A stretch of DNA of 64,000 nucleotides. It comes from an uncultured Methanomassiliicoccales archaeon (GTDB lineage Archaea > Thermoplasmatota > Thermoplasmata > Methanomassiliicoccales > UBA472). The stretch's first letter is position 1, and every line of letters begins with the position of its first letter. The position numbers were made by a program, and so were the translations under genes. This document shows, piece after piece, positions 1 through 8,850 of the stretch. The stretch is taken from NCBI GenBank assembly GCA_963695345.1, contig OY968769.1, positions 1,376,001 through 1,440,000 on the forward strand, given 5' to 3'. Below the pieces are notes generated by a model, which saw nothing but the letters and a program-made list of their open reading frames with translations, was not told where the DNA came from and made no database searches.

Positions 1-2
1 CG

Positions 3-233
3 GAATTTGGTGTTAAACTCACAGACCTACGAGTTTATTGCCAATTCCTGAAGGTGATCCAGCAAGAAGCAGAAAAGATGCATTCTATGTTGCATGAGCT
101 TCCGAACAGAGATCAACTACCGGTGTATGAAATATATTCAAAGTTAAACGACCTAAAAACGTGCCTGACGATTAAGGCATTACGGCAAGTTGCCCAAGAA
201 TATGAGTATGGAAATGAAGAGGTGATGGTGTGA
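3..233 (+). CDS. 5'-truncated CDS (C-terminal ~76 aa); possibly the tail of a MerR-like regulator
   Basis: Frame 3 is open from the window edge (EFGVKLTDLRVYCQFLKVIQQEAEKMHSMLHEL...EEVMV*). Its stop overlaps the next start as GTGA, suggesting translational coupling. The family call is weak. Confidence 0.5.
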   Translation, partial: EFGVKLTDLRVYCQFLKVIQQEAEKMHSMLHELPNRDQLPVYEIYSKLNDLKTCLTIKALRQVAQEYEYGNEEVMV

Positions 234-436
234 GAAAGAATATTTCCATAGCTATGGTCCTGGCGTTTGTAGTCGCTATGTTGACCGGCGTTGCAGAGGC
301 GAGTCCAAACCATAGTGGCTTGCCTGCTGCTCATATCATTATCGTGTCGTTGTTCACAGCTGTTCTTTGTATCCATCTTTTTCTGAATAGAAAGGCTCTG
401 TCGAGATATTTCATACCCCTCAAGGTCGAAAAATGA
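230..436 (+). CDS. small membrane protein, DUF4405-like
   Basis: GTG start after a GAGGTGA RBS; two hydrophobic helices; H...HLFLN.K motif. Confidence 0.6.
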   Translation: MRKNISIAMVLAFVVAMLTGVAEASPNHSGLPAAHIIIVSLFTAVLCIHLFLNRKALSRYFIPLKVEK

Positions 437-833
437 TATCAAAGAGGTGGTAATCCAGAGAATGTGTATATTGTCGTTGGCAACTGTAAGGATGGGCCCT
501 CACCATTACCCGCAATCTGGGGGCTAGGCAGCGAGTTTGTCCGGAGCTATTGGCCACCTACGTAATAATAAATCTATACGAAGAACAGTCCTGAAGGCCA
601 TGAGTCGTTATTTAATACGATTCCTACTCAGGAAGATATCGATTCGAACGTAGTGCTGCTGAGGATAATCATCTGCGAGGGAAAAAATAAATATTGTATT
701 TCTGATATTAATTGAAACGCCAAGTGAGTAATCATTTATGATTCAGTAAAAGATGAAAATAATCGAATCGTTTATTGAGTCACTTATTGTTGAATTAGAT
801 CTTGACTAAAATTGTTTAAAATTATAGAAAAGG

Positions 834-906
834 TGGGCTCAGCCGGATTCGAACCGGCGACCTACGCCGTGTAAGGGCGTCGTTATAACCGCTAAACCAT
901 GAGCCC
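834..906 (-). tRNA. tRNA-Val (TAC)
   Basis: Reverse complement reads GGGCTCATGGTTTAGCGGTTATAACGACGCCCT-TAC-ACGGCGTAGGTCGCCGGTTCGAATCCGGCTGAGCCCA; cloverleaf with TTCGAAT T-loop; TATA-like TTTTAAT ~27 nt upstream. Confidence 0.96.
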
Positions 907-960
907 AGCGTCTATGTCAATGGAGAGAACATATTAAAATCTAAGCGTAGGGTCGATAGG

Positions 961-979
961 AAAAGAAAGGAAAAGGTTT
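961..979 (-). terminator. pyrimidine/oligo-T terminator after the protease gene
   Basis: AAACCTTTTCCTTTCTTTT on the minus strand just downstream of the stop. Confidence 0.5.
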
Positions 980-1001
980 GCTGACCCAACCGGCTATCGG
1001 C

Positions 1002-3110
1002 CTACCGTACCACGCTGAAGGAATAGTCCGACGGACCATGGTCAGGCGAGATGATGATGTACATCTCGTTGTAGTTCCTGTACTGGATCAGGGTTGCCAG
1101 TCCAATGTCCTTGGCATCGTACATCGGAACGTCCACGATCTTCATCGGGGACCACTTGGTCGCCGGGAAATATAGGGTGACCTTCCAATTGACCGAGGTA
1201 TCCTTGGGGTAGCTGGCATGCATTGAATTCGTTAGCGCCGTGCTACCGATCATAATGTTGCCGACATACCATCCTTCGAGGGTCTCCGCCCAGTCCGTCA
1301 TGTACCTGAACTTGAACTGTACGCTCTGTCCCGCATAGGAGGACAGGTCTATCGAGACATGGATGAAATCTGTCTGCTCTCCGGTGATCCCAGGCAGGTT
1401 GGCGACGATCTCAGGCATGGCCGATCCGTCGGCATCGGTCGTCGTTGACCCGAAGCTCAGCGAGGTCCAGGTCTTGCCCGCGTCCTTCGAGATCTGCACG
1501 AACCCGAAGTCAAAGGCCTCCTCGATGCTCCATTTCGTGTCGAACTGAAGGGCGGTCGCTGAAGTTCCCAACTTGATCGTGTCGGTCGTCAGCCAGACAT
1601 CGCGCAGATCGCTCGCCCCCGAATACCAATAGGTGTTGGCCCCGATCTTCGTCTGCTTCCATATATCGGCCGGGATGATGGATTGGCCCGTGAACAGTGC
1701 CAGGCCGATGGTCCGTTGGTTCGACGCCCAGTTGGCCTTGGTGATGTGCAGGTAATCTGTCCCATAGGTGCCTATCAGATTCGGGCCGTCGATCGCGTTT
1801 CCTTCCAGGGTCATCGTCTGGGCGGCCTTCGATCGTTTATACTGCTTCCCCGGGACATAATTCCTGATCTCCGTTTCTCCGATCTTCCAGAGGTTTATGG
1901 ACGTATAATTGTACATTCCGTTGCCGTTATGTATCAGGTTGGCCAGGCGCCAGTATCCGAATACGCTGCCAAAGGTCACCTTCTTGTAGCCGTTCTGCTG
2001 GAGCACGGCGGTCACCGACTGCTCCCCGTGCAAAGTGCTCTGCATCAGTTTGGATACGATGGTAGCTCCTCCGTAATGGTCGTTCAGATAGATCATGAAC
2101 GCCGCCGCCGCTCCGTAATCGGCCAGGACGTTGATGCCGCCCTGGTCCTCCCACTCGGTCAATGAGTTGTCCGGGCTCGCCAGGAAGTGCGCTATGTGCG
2201 AGTCGGGGGTTCCGTAGCCCGTCAGCATCTCCGCGTAGTCGGAGAGGCCCTCGTTGATCCAGGTGGTCTCCCCTGGGTCGACATAGTTGTGCAGCAGGTG
2301 CTGGTACTCATGGGCGATGGTCGCCTCCATGAGGTAGGAATGGTCGCCGTGATCCGGGCCGGTTCGGCCTATCCAGTCGAAACAGTCTATGTGGATGATG
2401 TTCCGGTCATAGTAATATTGCATGGAAGGGGAGAAGTATCCCACGACGTAGTATGGATAGGTGGGATCGAGAAAGCTCTCATCTGCGATGTTGAAGACCA
2501 TTATCGCGACCTTACCAGCATCAGTCGTTTTCAGAAGCATGTCGGAAGGGAAATCCTCTCCGTACCATGCGCTCCATTCTTCGTTCGTACCGTCCACCTG
2601 CGGTGCATCGGAGAAGTATCTCTTCTCTATCGGATAGATGACATTGTCGAACTGGTCCGCCATATACTTGGCCTGGGCGTCGGTTATGGACAGCAGGTCC
2701 ATGTCCGCGTTCCTCGGATCCCCCGCCATGAATGTCATGTCGTTCTGGGTCCAGACCTCGCAATGCGCCCCATCGACGCGTTTCGTGAACCACATCCATC
2801 CGGACTCTGTTTCGTAGGCGGCCTTTCCATATTCTCCCGTATAATAGAAAGCCTGGTCTCCCACGACATAGGAGGCGGTGGTGCTGTAAGCGGCGGTGGC
2901 GACGGCATCGGCGCCCGCGTCCTCCCCGGCGGAACTCAGGTGAGACCCTGAAGCCCGGATCTGCGGTCCTATGTCCAATGGCTCCGGATCGGCAATGGTC
3001 GGTCCGGCAGCCGTCGCATCCCTGCTCACCGGTACCAAGGCGACGAAGGCGGTTGTGACCATCGCCAGCCCTACCAATAAACAGAACAATCTAGTCGTTC
3101 TAAAACCCAT
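1002..3110 (-). CDS. secreted zinc metalloprotease (immune inhibitor A / M6-M30-like) with C-terminal MAM-like beta-sandwich
   Basis: Signal peptide (MGFRTTRLFCLLVGLAMVTT); AHEYQHLLH plus WINEGLS zincin motifs; C-terminal W.IEEAFDFGFVQIS...FKFRYMTD...GWY. Start moved to ATG 3110. Confidence 0.85.
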   Translation of the reverse strand: MGFRTTRLFCLLVGLAMVTTAFVALVPVSRDATAAGPTIADPEPLDIGPQIRASGSHLSSAGEDAGADAVATAAYSTTASYVVGDQAFYYTGEYGKAAYETESGWMWFTKRVDGAHCEVWTQNDMTFMAGDPRNADMDLLSITDAQAKYMADQFDNVIYPIEKRYFSDAPQVDGTNEEWSAWYGEDFPSDMLLKTTDAGKVAIMVFNIADESFLDPTYPYYVVGYFSPSMQYYYDRNIIHIDCFDWIGRTGPDHGDHSYLMEATIAHEYQHLLHNYVDPGETTWINEGLSDYAEMLTGYGTPDSHIAHFLASPDNSLTEWEDQGGINVLADYGAAAAFMIYLNDHYGGATIVSKLMQSTLHGEQSVTAVLQQNGYKKVTFGSVFGYWRLANLIHNGNGMYNYTSINLWKIGETEIRNYVPGKQYKRSKAAQTMTLEGNAIDGPNLIGTYGTDYLHITKANWASNQRTIGLALFTGQSIIPADIWKQTKIGANTYWYSGASDLRDVWLTTDTIKLGTSATALQFDTKWSIEEAFDFGFVQISKDAGKTWTSLSFGSTTTDADGSAMPEIVANLPGITGEQTDFIHVSIDLSSYAGQSVQFKFRYMTDWAETLEGWYVGNIMIGSTALTNSMHASYPKDTSVNWKVTLYFPATKWSPMKIVDVPMYDAKDIGLATLIQYRNYNEMYIIISPDHGPSDYSFSVVR

Positions 3111-3351
3111 GTTGTAGTCCCCCCGATCCTCAGCCGAAAGCGGTTCCTCTTTCCGCCCCTCGGACAAGTTGAAATCACATCGCGAACTGAGATATTTATA
3201 ATTTTGATAATCATGGAAATGACACCATCCCTGACAATCTGGACCGATTCGTTTTCAGAGGCCCTGTTCCCGCTATTTTCATTTTTGATAATCATGAAGG
3301 GCAACATATTTCATAGGGCAATGTATGTTAGCAAGCACCTGACGGTTAAAC

Positions 3352-3936
3352 ATGGCCATCAAAAAGGGGATGCTAAAGAAGGCGCTGAACATGCCGGAGA
3401 CGCGGCCCGCGCTCCGCCGGTATTTCGTCAATACGATATTCGATACGACCTTCGTCATCCTCGGAGTTATCATCGGGTCCGCGCTTTCGCCCCACCCAAA
3501 CATCGATGTGGTCAAGACCACCATCATCACCAGCGCAGTCGCTTTGGCCATCTCTACCGGTTCCAGTGTTTATGAGGCCGAGAGCCTGGAACAGAGCAGA
3601 CGTTTGGATGAGATCAGCCGCGCCATGCTATCTCCCGTTGATGAGACCGATCTTGGCAGGACCTCCCGAGCTAGCACGGCTCTCATTGCGCTGATCAATT
3701 CCCTCGCGCCGCTGCTTGCCGGGGCGGTGACCTTGGCGCCATTCCTGGTCCTCTCAGGATCGGACATCGTTTATGCCGCCGAAGTGTCGATAACCCTGGC
3801 CATCTCAATCTTGTTCGTCACTGGCTACTTCATGGGACGCATGGCGAACAAGAACCCATTGGTCAAGGGTGCCCGAATGGCCGTCATCGGGCTGATAGCA
3901 TTTGGGGTCTGCTACCTGATAGGCGCTACCGTTTAA
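3352..3936 (+). CDS. VIT1/CCC1 family membrane transporter
   Basis: RRYFVNTIFD...LGVIIG, STGSSVYEAE motifs; five TM segments. Confidence 0.8.
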   Translation: MAIKKGMLKKALNMPETRPALRRYFVNTIFDTTFVILGVIIGSALSPHPNIDVVKTTIITSAVALAISTGSSVYEAESLEQSRRLDEISRAMLSPVDETDLGRTSRASTALIALINSLAPLLAGAVTLAPFLVLSGSDIVYAAEVSITLAISILFVTGYFMGRMANKNPLVKGARMAVIGLIAFGVCYLIGATV

Positions 3937-3951
3937 GAAAGGAAAAAGCGT

Positions 3952-4998
3952 TTAGCAGATCCGCGGTACCGGGTCGCCCACCGGCGGTTCCAGTATCCTC
4001 TTTCCGCCGACCTCGGTCCTCAGAACGACATGGCGGGTGCTTTTCGTGGCCTTGCCAATGATGGCCGCGTTCTTTCCCTCGGGAAGGCTCCTCATCCTGG
4101 CCAGGATCTCGTCGGCCATTTCCGGGACGCAGCCGACCACGACCTTGCCTTCGTTCCCTATCGTCAACGGGTCCAGTCCCAGCATCTCGCTGGCATTCCG
4201 CACCGGTTCGGATAACGGGATGGAGTTCTCGTCAAGCTCGATCCCTATCTTCGATTTGGATGACCACTCATTGACCGTGTTGGCCAGCCCTCCCCGGGTG
4301 GGGTCCTTCATGCACACCGCTCCCCCGATCTTCAGGATCTCCCCGATGAAATCGTTCAATGGGGCGCAATCGCTCTGCAGCTTGGATTCGAAACCATACC
4401 CTTCACGGAAGGAGAGGAGCGCAATGCCATGGTCTCCCATGAAGCCTGAGGCTATCACCACATCGCCTTCCCGCAGGTTGTTGTCGGTCAGCCAGCAGGA
4501 GTCCACCTTGCGGTACTTGGACGCTATCGAGAGATTGTGGTCCATGTGCGGCGACCTCTTGCCGATGGCGGAGGTGACGATCACCATCTTGTCGATCGCA
4601 CCTTTCTCCATGACCTTGGTGTCCCCGGTGACCACCGGTACATTGGCCAACTTCGAGTAGTGGCCAATGCTCTTCGTTACCTTCTCCAGGGTCTCCAGCT
4701 CCAATCCCTCCTCGAGGATCATGGCGGAGGAAAGGGCGAGCGGCCGGCCGCCCATGACCGAGATATCGTTCACCGTGCCGCAGACTGAGAGCGCACCGAT
4801 ATCCCCTCCCGGGAAGAACAAAGGCTTGACGGTGTGGCCATCGGTCGTGAACACAATATCGTCCACGACAGCTGAATCATCATAGGATTCCAGAGGAACT
4901 TCCGCGTTGCATTTGGGCAGGAAGGGCGCAATATGCTCTCCGATAAGCTCTTGCATCATCTCGCCACCCGCACCGTGGCCCATCGTGACCCGCTTCAT
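3952..4998 (-). CDS. hypE: [NiFe]-hydrogenase maturation protein HypE
   Basis: HGAGG N-terminus, FFPGGDIG.L...GTVND, DPTRGGL, C-terminal PRIC. Confidence 0.96.
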   Translation of the reverse strand: MKRVTMGHGAGGEMMQELIGEHIAPFLPKCNAEVPLESYDDSAVVDDIVFTTDGHTVKPLFFPGGDIGALSVCGTVNDISVMGGRPLALSSAMILEEGLELETLEKVTKSIGHYSKLANVPVVTGDTKVMEKGAIDKMVIVTSAIGKRSPHMDHNLSIASKYRKVDSCWLTDNNLREGDVVIASGFMGDHGIALLSFREGYGFESKLQSDCAPLNDFIGEILKIGGAVCMKDPTRGGLANTVNEWSSKSKIGIELDENSIPLSEPVRNASEMLGLDPLTIGNEGKVVVGCVPEMADEILARMRSLPEGKNAAIIGKATKSTRHVVLRTEVGGKRILEPPVGDPVPRIC

Positions 4999-5138
4999 GA
5001 CTGCGCATCAGGGCAGGACAGTTTAAAGGTTTGTCAGAGACCTTCCTTCAATCCTGGATTAGCTATCGTTATACCAGGAGTCGTTGGAAGATATGTCGCC
5101 GAATATATCAGCCCGATACTACTTTCATCCTTTCGATG

Positions 5139-5552
5139 TCACTTCCCTTCGGGCCGAAGGCGACCCCTAGTGCCAGCTTTCCAATGTGATGCTTCTGAAC
5201 ATCCTTCATCGCCTGGGCCCATCCCCTCCATGGCATACATCCTGTTGATCTCCACCTTGAAGTTGCCGGTCTCAATTAGCTCATTGAGATGGTCGAAGAT
5301 CTCTTGACTGGGACGGCCATCGAACGCGATCAACTTGACGCCGTCCCTTCCTTTAGGCAATGGCTCGACCCCATTCGGATAGGCGATCTTACCGCCGTTC
5401 TTGACCTGCTCCAAAACGTTGTTCAATTCGCTTCCAATTCCCGCCATCTCTCCCTGCACGAGAACTTCCCATTCCCCCACATCAGGAACGGATAGTGTCG
5501 CCGTATGCAGTTCCTATGGTCCTCCATACTTATCGATGACCACCGCTTTCAT
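5139..5552 (-). pseudogene. degraded NADP-dependent (zeta-crystallin/MDR family) oxidoreductase
   Basis: MKAVVIDKYGGP*ELHTATLSVPDVGEWEVLVQ with in-frame TAG at 5514-5516. The N-terminus is joined directly to a C-terminal segment (most of the domain is missing), and a frameshift precedes AQAMKDVQKHHIGKLAL. Confidence 0.75.
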
Positions 5553-5745
5553 CGTCCTAGGGATTCGGCTCATTACGATTCACTTCGAAGCCCATTCTCG
5601 TCTCGCTTCAACTTATTCGTTTCCCGTCGCTAACTCCTTCATGAAGCAGGTAGTCCGTTCCGACGCAAATCTGAAGGGGGATGGAACTCTTATGACGAGA
5701 TGAGAGATTATTTAACCGAAGTAGTGATAACGAGGGTTGTCCAAA

Positions 5746-5820
5746 GGGCCTGTAGGGTAGCCTGGATTATCCTTTTGGCCTTCGAAGCCAAAGACTGGGG
5801 TTCGAATCCCCACAGGTCCT
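5746..5820 (+). tRNA. tRNA-Arg (TCG)
   Basis: GGGCCTG...TTGGC-CTTCGAA-GCCAA...GGTTCGAATCC...CAGGTCC cloverleaf; TATA-like TTTAA ~30 nt upstream. Confidence 0.95.
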
Positions 5821-5844
5821 ACAGCCACTCCAGTTTTAGTTGAT

Positions 5845-6120
5845 ATGGATTCTTCTGGAATCAGTCTCAAATTCAAAATCGGGAGACCTGTAAAAATTAA
5901 ATGGGACAAAATGACTGGTTGGAGAAGGATAAAGGCCGCTGGAGTTGATTCTCGTATACATCTCTGTGTTGGCGATAGAAAAGGATATCATTTTGACAAA
6001 ATGGCCTTCAGCCAAATATCAAACCGCTATTTCGAAATTATCGGGAAACCATTGAAAGAACTTACCACCGATGATATATTGGCGATGTATCAGAGAAGTA
6101 AAGGTAAACGGGGATGTTAA
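5845..6120 (+). pseudogene. short ORF; possible remnant of an integrase N-terminal (SAM-like) domain
   Basis: YFEIIGKPLKELTTDDILAMY resembles tyrosine-recombinase core-binding helices; lies directly after the tRNA; no catalytic domain present. Confidence 0.3.
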
Positions 6121-6425
6121 TTACCTAAGTTCTTTCTTGCTCGGACAAATCACGATCGATGTTAAGGAATTCGGTTTTGTAATCATAATGATTGAATGTT
6201 GATGTTCATAGAAAAAGGAAGGTTTCTGGAGGTCCATATTCTTTCCAGGTCCTGATAAGTAAAGAATATTTTGTATTGCTATCGTCGTGATTAATTTCAA
6301 GCGAAATCGAACCGTTGTTATATCGCATTAGAAAAAAATTGAAAGGGTTCAGCTATCACCGATACGCAATATACCGCTATTAGCCCTGTTAAGCATGCAT
6401 ACTGGCTATGATCTTTGGCAGTTCA

Positions 6426-6439
6426 CCACAGGTCCGCCA
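6426..6439 (+). repeat. att-like copy of the tRNA-Arg 3' end
   Basis: CCACAGGTCC-GCCA versus tRNA CCACAGGTCC-TACA. Confidence 0.65.
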
Positions 6440-6665
6440 TTTCACCATCTGGCTTAATAACTAATGTGTAGGATAATATTGCGCATTTTCAATAAAAAAT
6501 TTCCCATTTATTTCCTACGAAATTCGCAATAGCCAGGTTATGAGAGATTCGTAATGTGAATCCCTTATTGTTCCCCTTGTTCACCAGTCTAAGATAAGGT
6601 TTCAGACTTGAATCAGGGCTTGGCTACTGCTGCATATTTTCATGCAATACTTCAGATAATCTGAG

Positions 6666-7184
6666 TCACGGTTCATATCTTATTCGAGGAGCCTCGCCGG
6701 TATTCTCCTGATATCTGTTGATCAGAGCAACAGCCGCTTCGTATGGAATAAAATAGCTCAACCAATCTTGAAATATCGTCTTGAACACGCCGTACTTAAT
6801 CCCTTTTGTTGCCTCGCCATTACCAAGTTTTACAAAATCAATGTCCCGATAGGGTATTACTATACATCTTCCGAATCTAGTTCTGACTTTGACATTATCT
6901 TGTTCCAATCTCAAGGAGTATGGATGAAATATCATCGTCGGGAGAAGGTGGCCTACAATAACAATAGGCGTCAATATGGCAAATGTCAAAAATAGTCTTT
7001 CATTTTGAAAGATAAGAAAATTCAAAGTGAAAACGACAGCGACCATTATGGAGAAGAACGTGACATAAAAAATATCATTCCATGTCAGCGGGTTCTTGAA
7101 CACTTGAACATTTCTTGAACTCACTAGAACTCCAACCGCGCCCAGACTATTCTCAGGTACTAGTTGTCCTTCCTCCCCAACCAT
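6666..7184 (-). CDS. hypothetical membrane protein (2 TM plus bacterial PH-like domain)
   Basis: AT-rich ORF; two TM helices followed by L.LEQDNVKVRTRFGR.IVIPYRDI. Confidence 0.6.
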   Translation of the reverse strand: MVGEEGQLVPENSLGAVGVLVSSRNVQVFKNPLTWNDIFYVTFFSIMVAVVFTLNFLIFQNERLFLTFAILTPIVIVGHLLPTMIFHPYSLRLEQDNVKVRTRFGRCIVIPYRDIDFVKLGNGEATKGIKYGVFKTIFQDWLSYFIPYEAAVALINRYQENTGEAPRIRYEP

Positions 7185-7442
7185 GGGCCTGAATTCGTTT
7201 CATCGATAATGCACTTTGCTTAGAAAATATGCAGATCGTGCTATGATCAATCTCCTCTCTGAAGGAATTTCACAATCGACGTCAATTGAAAAAATCCAAT
7301 TGTCATAGACAAGGTAAAAGGATTTGCGATAATCGCTGTAAATGTCATCAATTCGCAAAGCAAACTAAAATTCCATTTATATAATAAAACGATGTCAATT
7401 GATTCGAGAAATTGGGTGTATGGCAATACCTATGTGTGAACA

Positions 7443-7457
7443 CCCACAGGTCTGCCA
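7443..7457 (+). repeat. second att-like copy of the tRNA-Arg 3' end
   Basis: GAACA-CCCACAGGTCT-GCCA versus tRNA GAATC-CCCACAGGTCC. Confidence 0.6.
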
Positions 7458-7685
7458 TTAACCAAAGACAGATTATGTCATATTATGGAATATTGGTGCA
7501 TTTCCTGTCAATGCAGTCCCCTTCCGGACTCCGATCGGTATCATTCTGGACTTCAGACCGCTCAATTGATACCCCCGAGCATCTTTAGGATTTTACTGCC
7601 AGGCCTGCCTTAATGATTTGGTTAGACAGATTGGACATCGTCGAGATGGGGAATTCATCCCCTTCGCTGGAGTCATCTCTCCTGA

Positions 7686-8457
7686 CTAATCACCGATTAT
7701 CATTGCCCTAAGGATGCCAGGCCTCTCCGTGATCCTCTTTCCAGCACCAATTCCTATCTTCTGGATCGAAAATACATCGGGCAGTACATCCGATGTCTTG
7801 ATGGCAGCCACGATGGCCGCACCGGTGGGCGTGACATGTTCGCCTTCCACATCCAATATATGTAGCTTCAATCCGTGGTCTGCCGCTATGAAAGATACAG
7901 CCGGAACAGGGACGGGCAAAAGGCCGTGCTGGCAGAGCACGAATCCTTTTCCCTCATACAACTCCGGTACGATCACGTTCGTTATGCCTAGGTTATCGAT
8001 GCATACCGCAGCCGATACGATATCCACGATGGAGTCTAGAGCTCCGACCTCATGGAAATGCACCTGCTCTAATTCCACACCATGCGCTTTGGATTCCGCA
8101 TCAGCAAGAATGCGGAAAATCCGGATGGCGAGGTCTCTCGAATTGCCGGTGATGTCGGCATTATTTATGATCTCAACGATTTGAGAAAGGCTTCGATGTT
8201 CGTGGACATGCTTTTCTTTCTCATGGTATGAACTCAATCCATTTTTCTTCAGTGAATGGTCCAAGACAACATCGAAGTCACAGGAATCTAGTCCAGCTCT
8301 TAACACGCGACCGATCTTGATCTTGATAGCCGCGGACCGGTAGACTTGCCAGGCCTCTTTCCAGAACGCTCTGATCTGCTCCCAGGTCCAGGAGGGCGGC
8401 GACCGTCATATCTCCGCTTATGCCAGAATAGCATTCCAAATACAATGTCCGATCCAT
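7686..8457 (-). pseudogene. larC: nickel-pincer cofactor biosynthesis protein LarC (N-terminal half), frameshifted near 8320
   Basis: LYLECYSGISGDMTVAALLDLGA in one frame continues in another as HEHR...AESKAHG...HFHEVGALDSIVDI...TPTGAAI. Removing one base joins them. No C-terminal LarC2 half is seen. Confidence 0.85.
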
Positions 8458-8850
8458 TTCAACCCCAATCCGCATCCTGGTTTACACATTCTTGCCCATA
8501 TCGTAGGCTATTTGCATCAGGGAGGTGCCCTTGACATCATACTTCTGCCACAGACCCGACCCGTAAATGACTCCCATTTCCTTTTACCCTTCGAGACAGC
8601 AATCGGTGAAGCCTCGGAATCCCTCGAACGTCCTCTACAACGAAGCCCAATCGGCTGTACTGAAGGATGATCTGAACACTGGCCAGGTACAGGCAAAGCC
8701 GGACCTCACTCAGTGCATACTCACGTGACAAGTGCGTGAGCGGGAAGCGGATGAGATCGTCACACGAGCGAATATTTGCAGGTTCCAGCAAAATTTCAGG
8801 TTCGCCTTATTACTTACCAGAAGCGCGGACACCTTCAGATTTGCCGTGCC

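Larger units (their letters stand above)
5821..8560. mobile_element. degenerate AT-rich island integrated at the tRNA-Arg 3' end
   Basis: Sharp drop in GC, low coding density, tRNA-3'-end-like repeats at 6426 and 7443, foreign-looking cargo. The right boundary is uncertain. Confidence 0.6.

Noticed and set aside
490-530. Possible att copy of the tRNA-Val 3' end (ATGGGCCCTCA; GGGGCTAGGC)
   Set aside because: Matches are too short and gapped to distinguish from chance
5514-5516. In-frame TAG as a pyrrolysine codon
   Set aside because: The lineage can encode Pyl, but this gene also lacks most of its domain and has a frameshift. GAG-to-TAG nonsense in a pseudogene is simpler.
8310-8330. Programmed ribosomal frameshift in larC
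   Set aside because: The known larC recoding site lies between the C1 and C2 halves. This break is ~40 codons in, has no slippery heptamer and matches the window-wide +1 insertion pattern.
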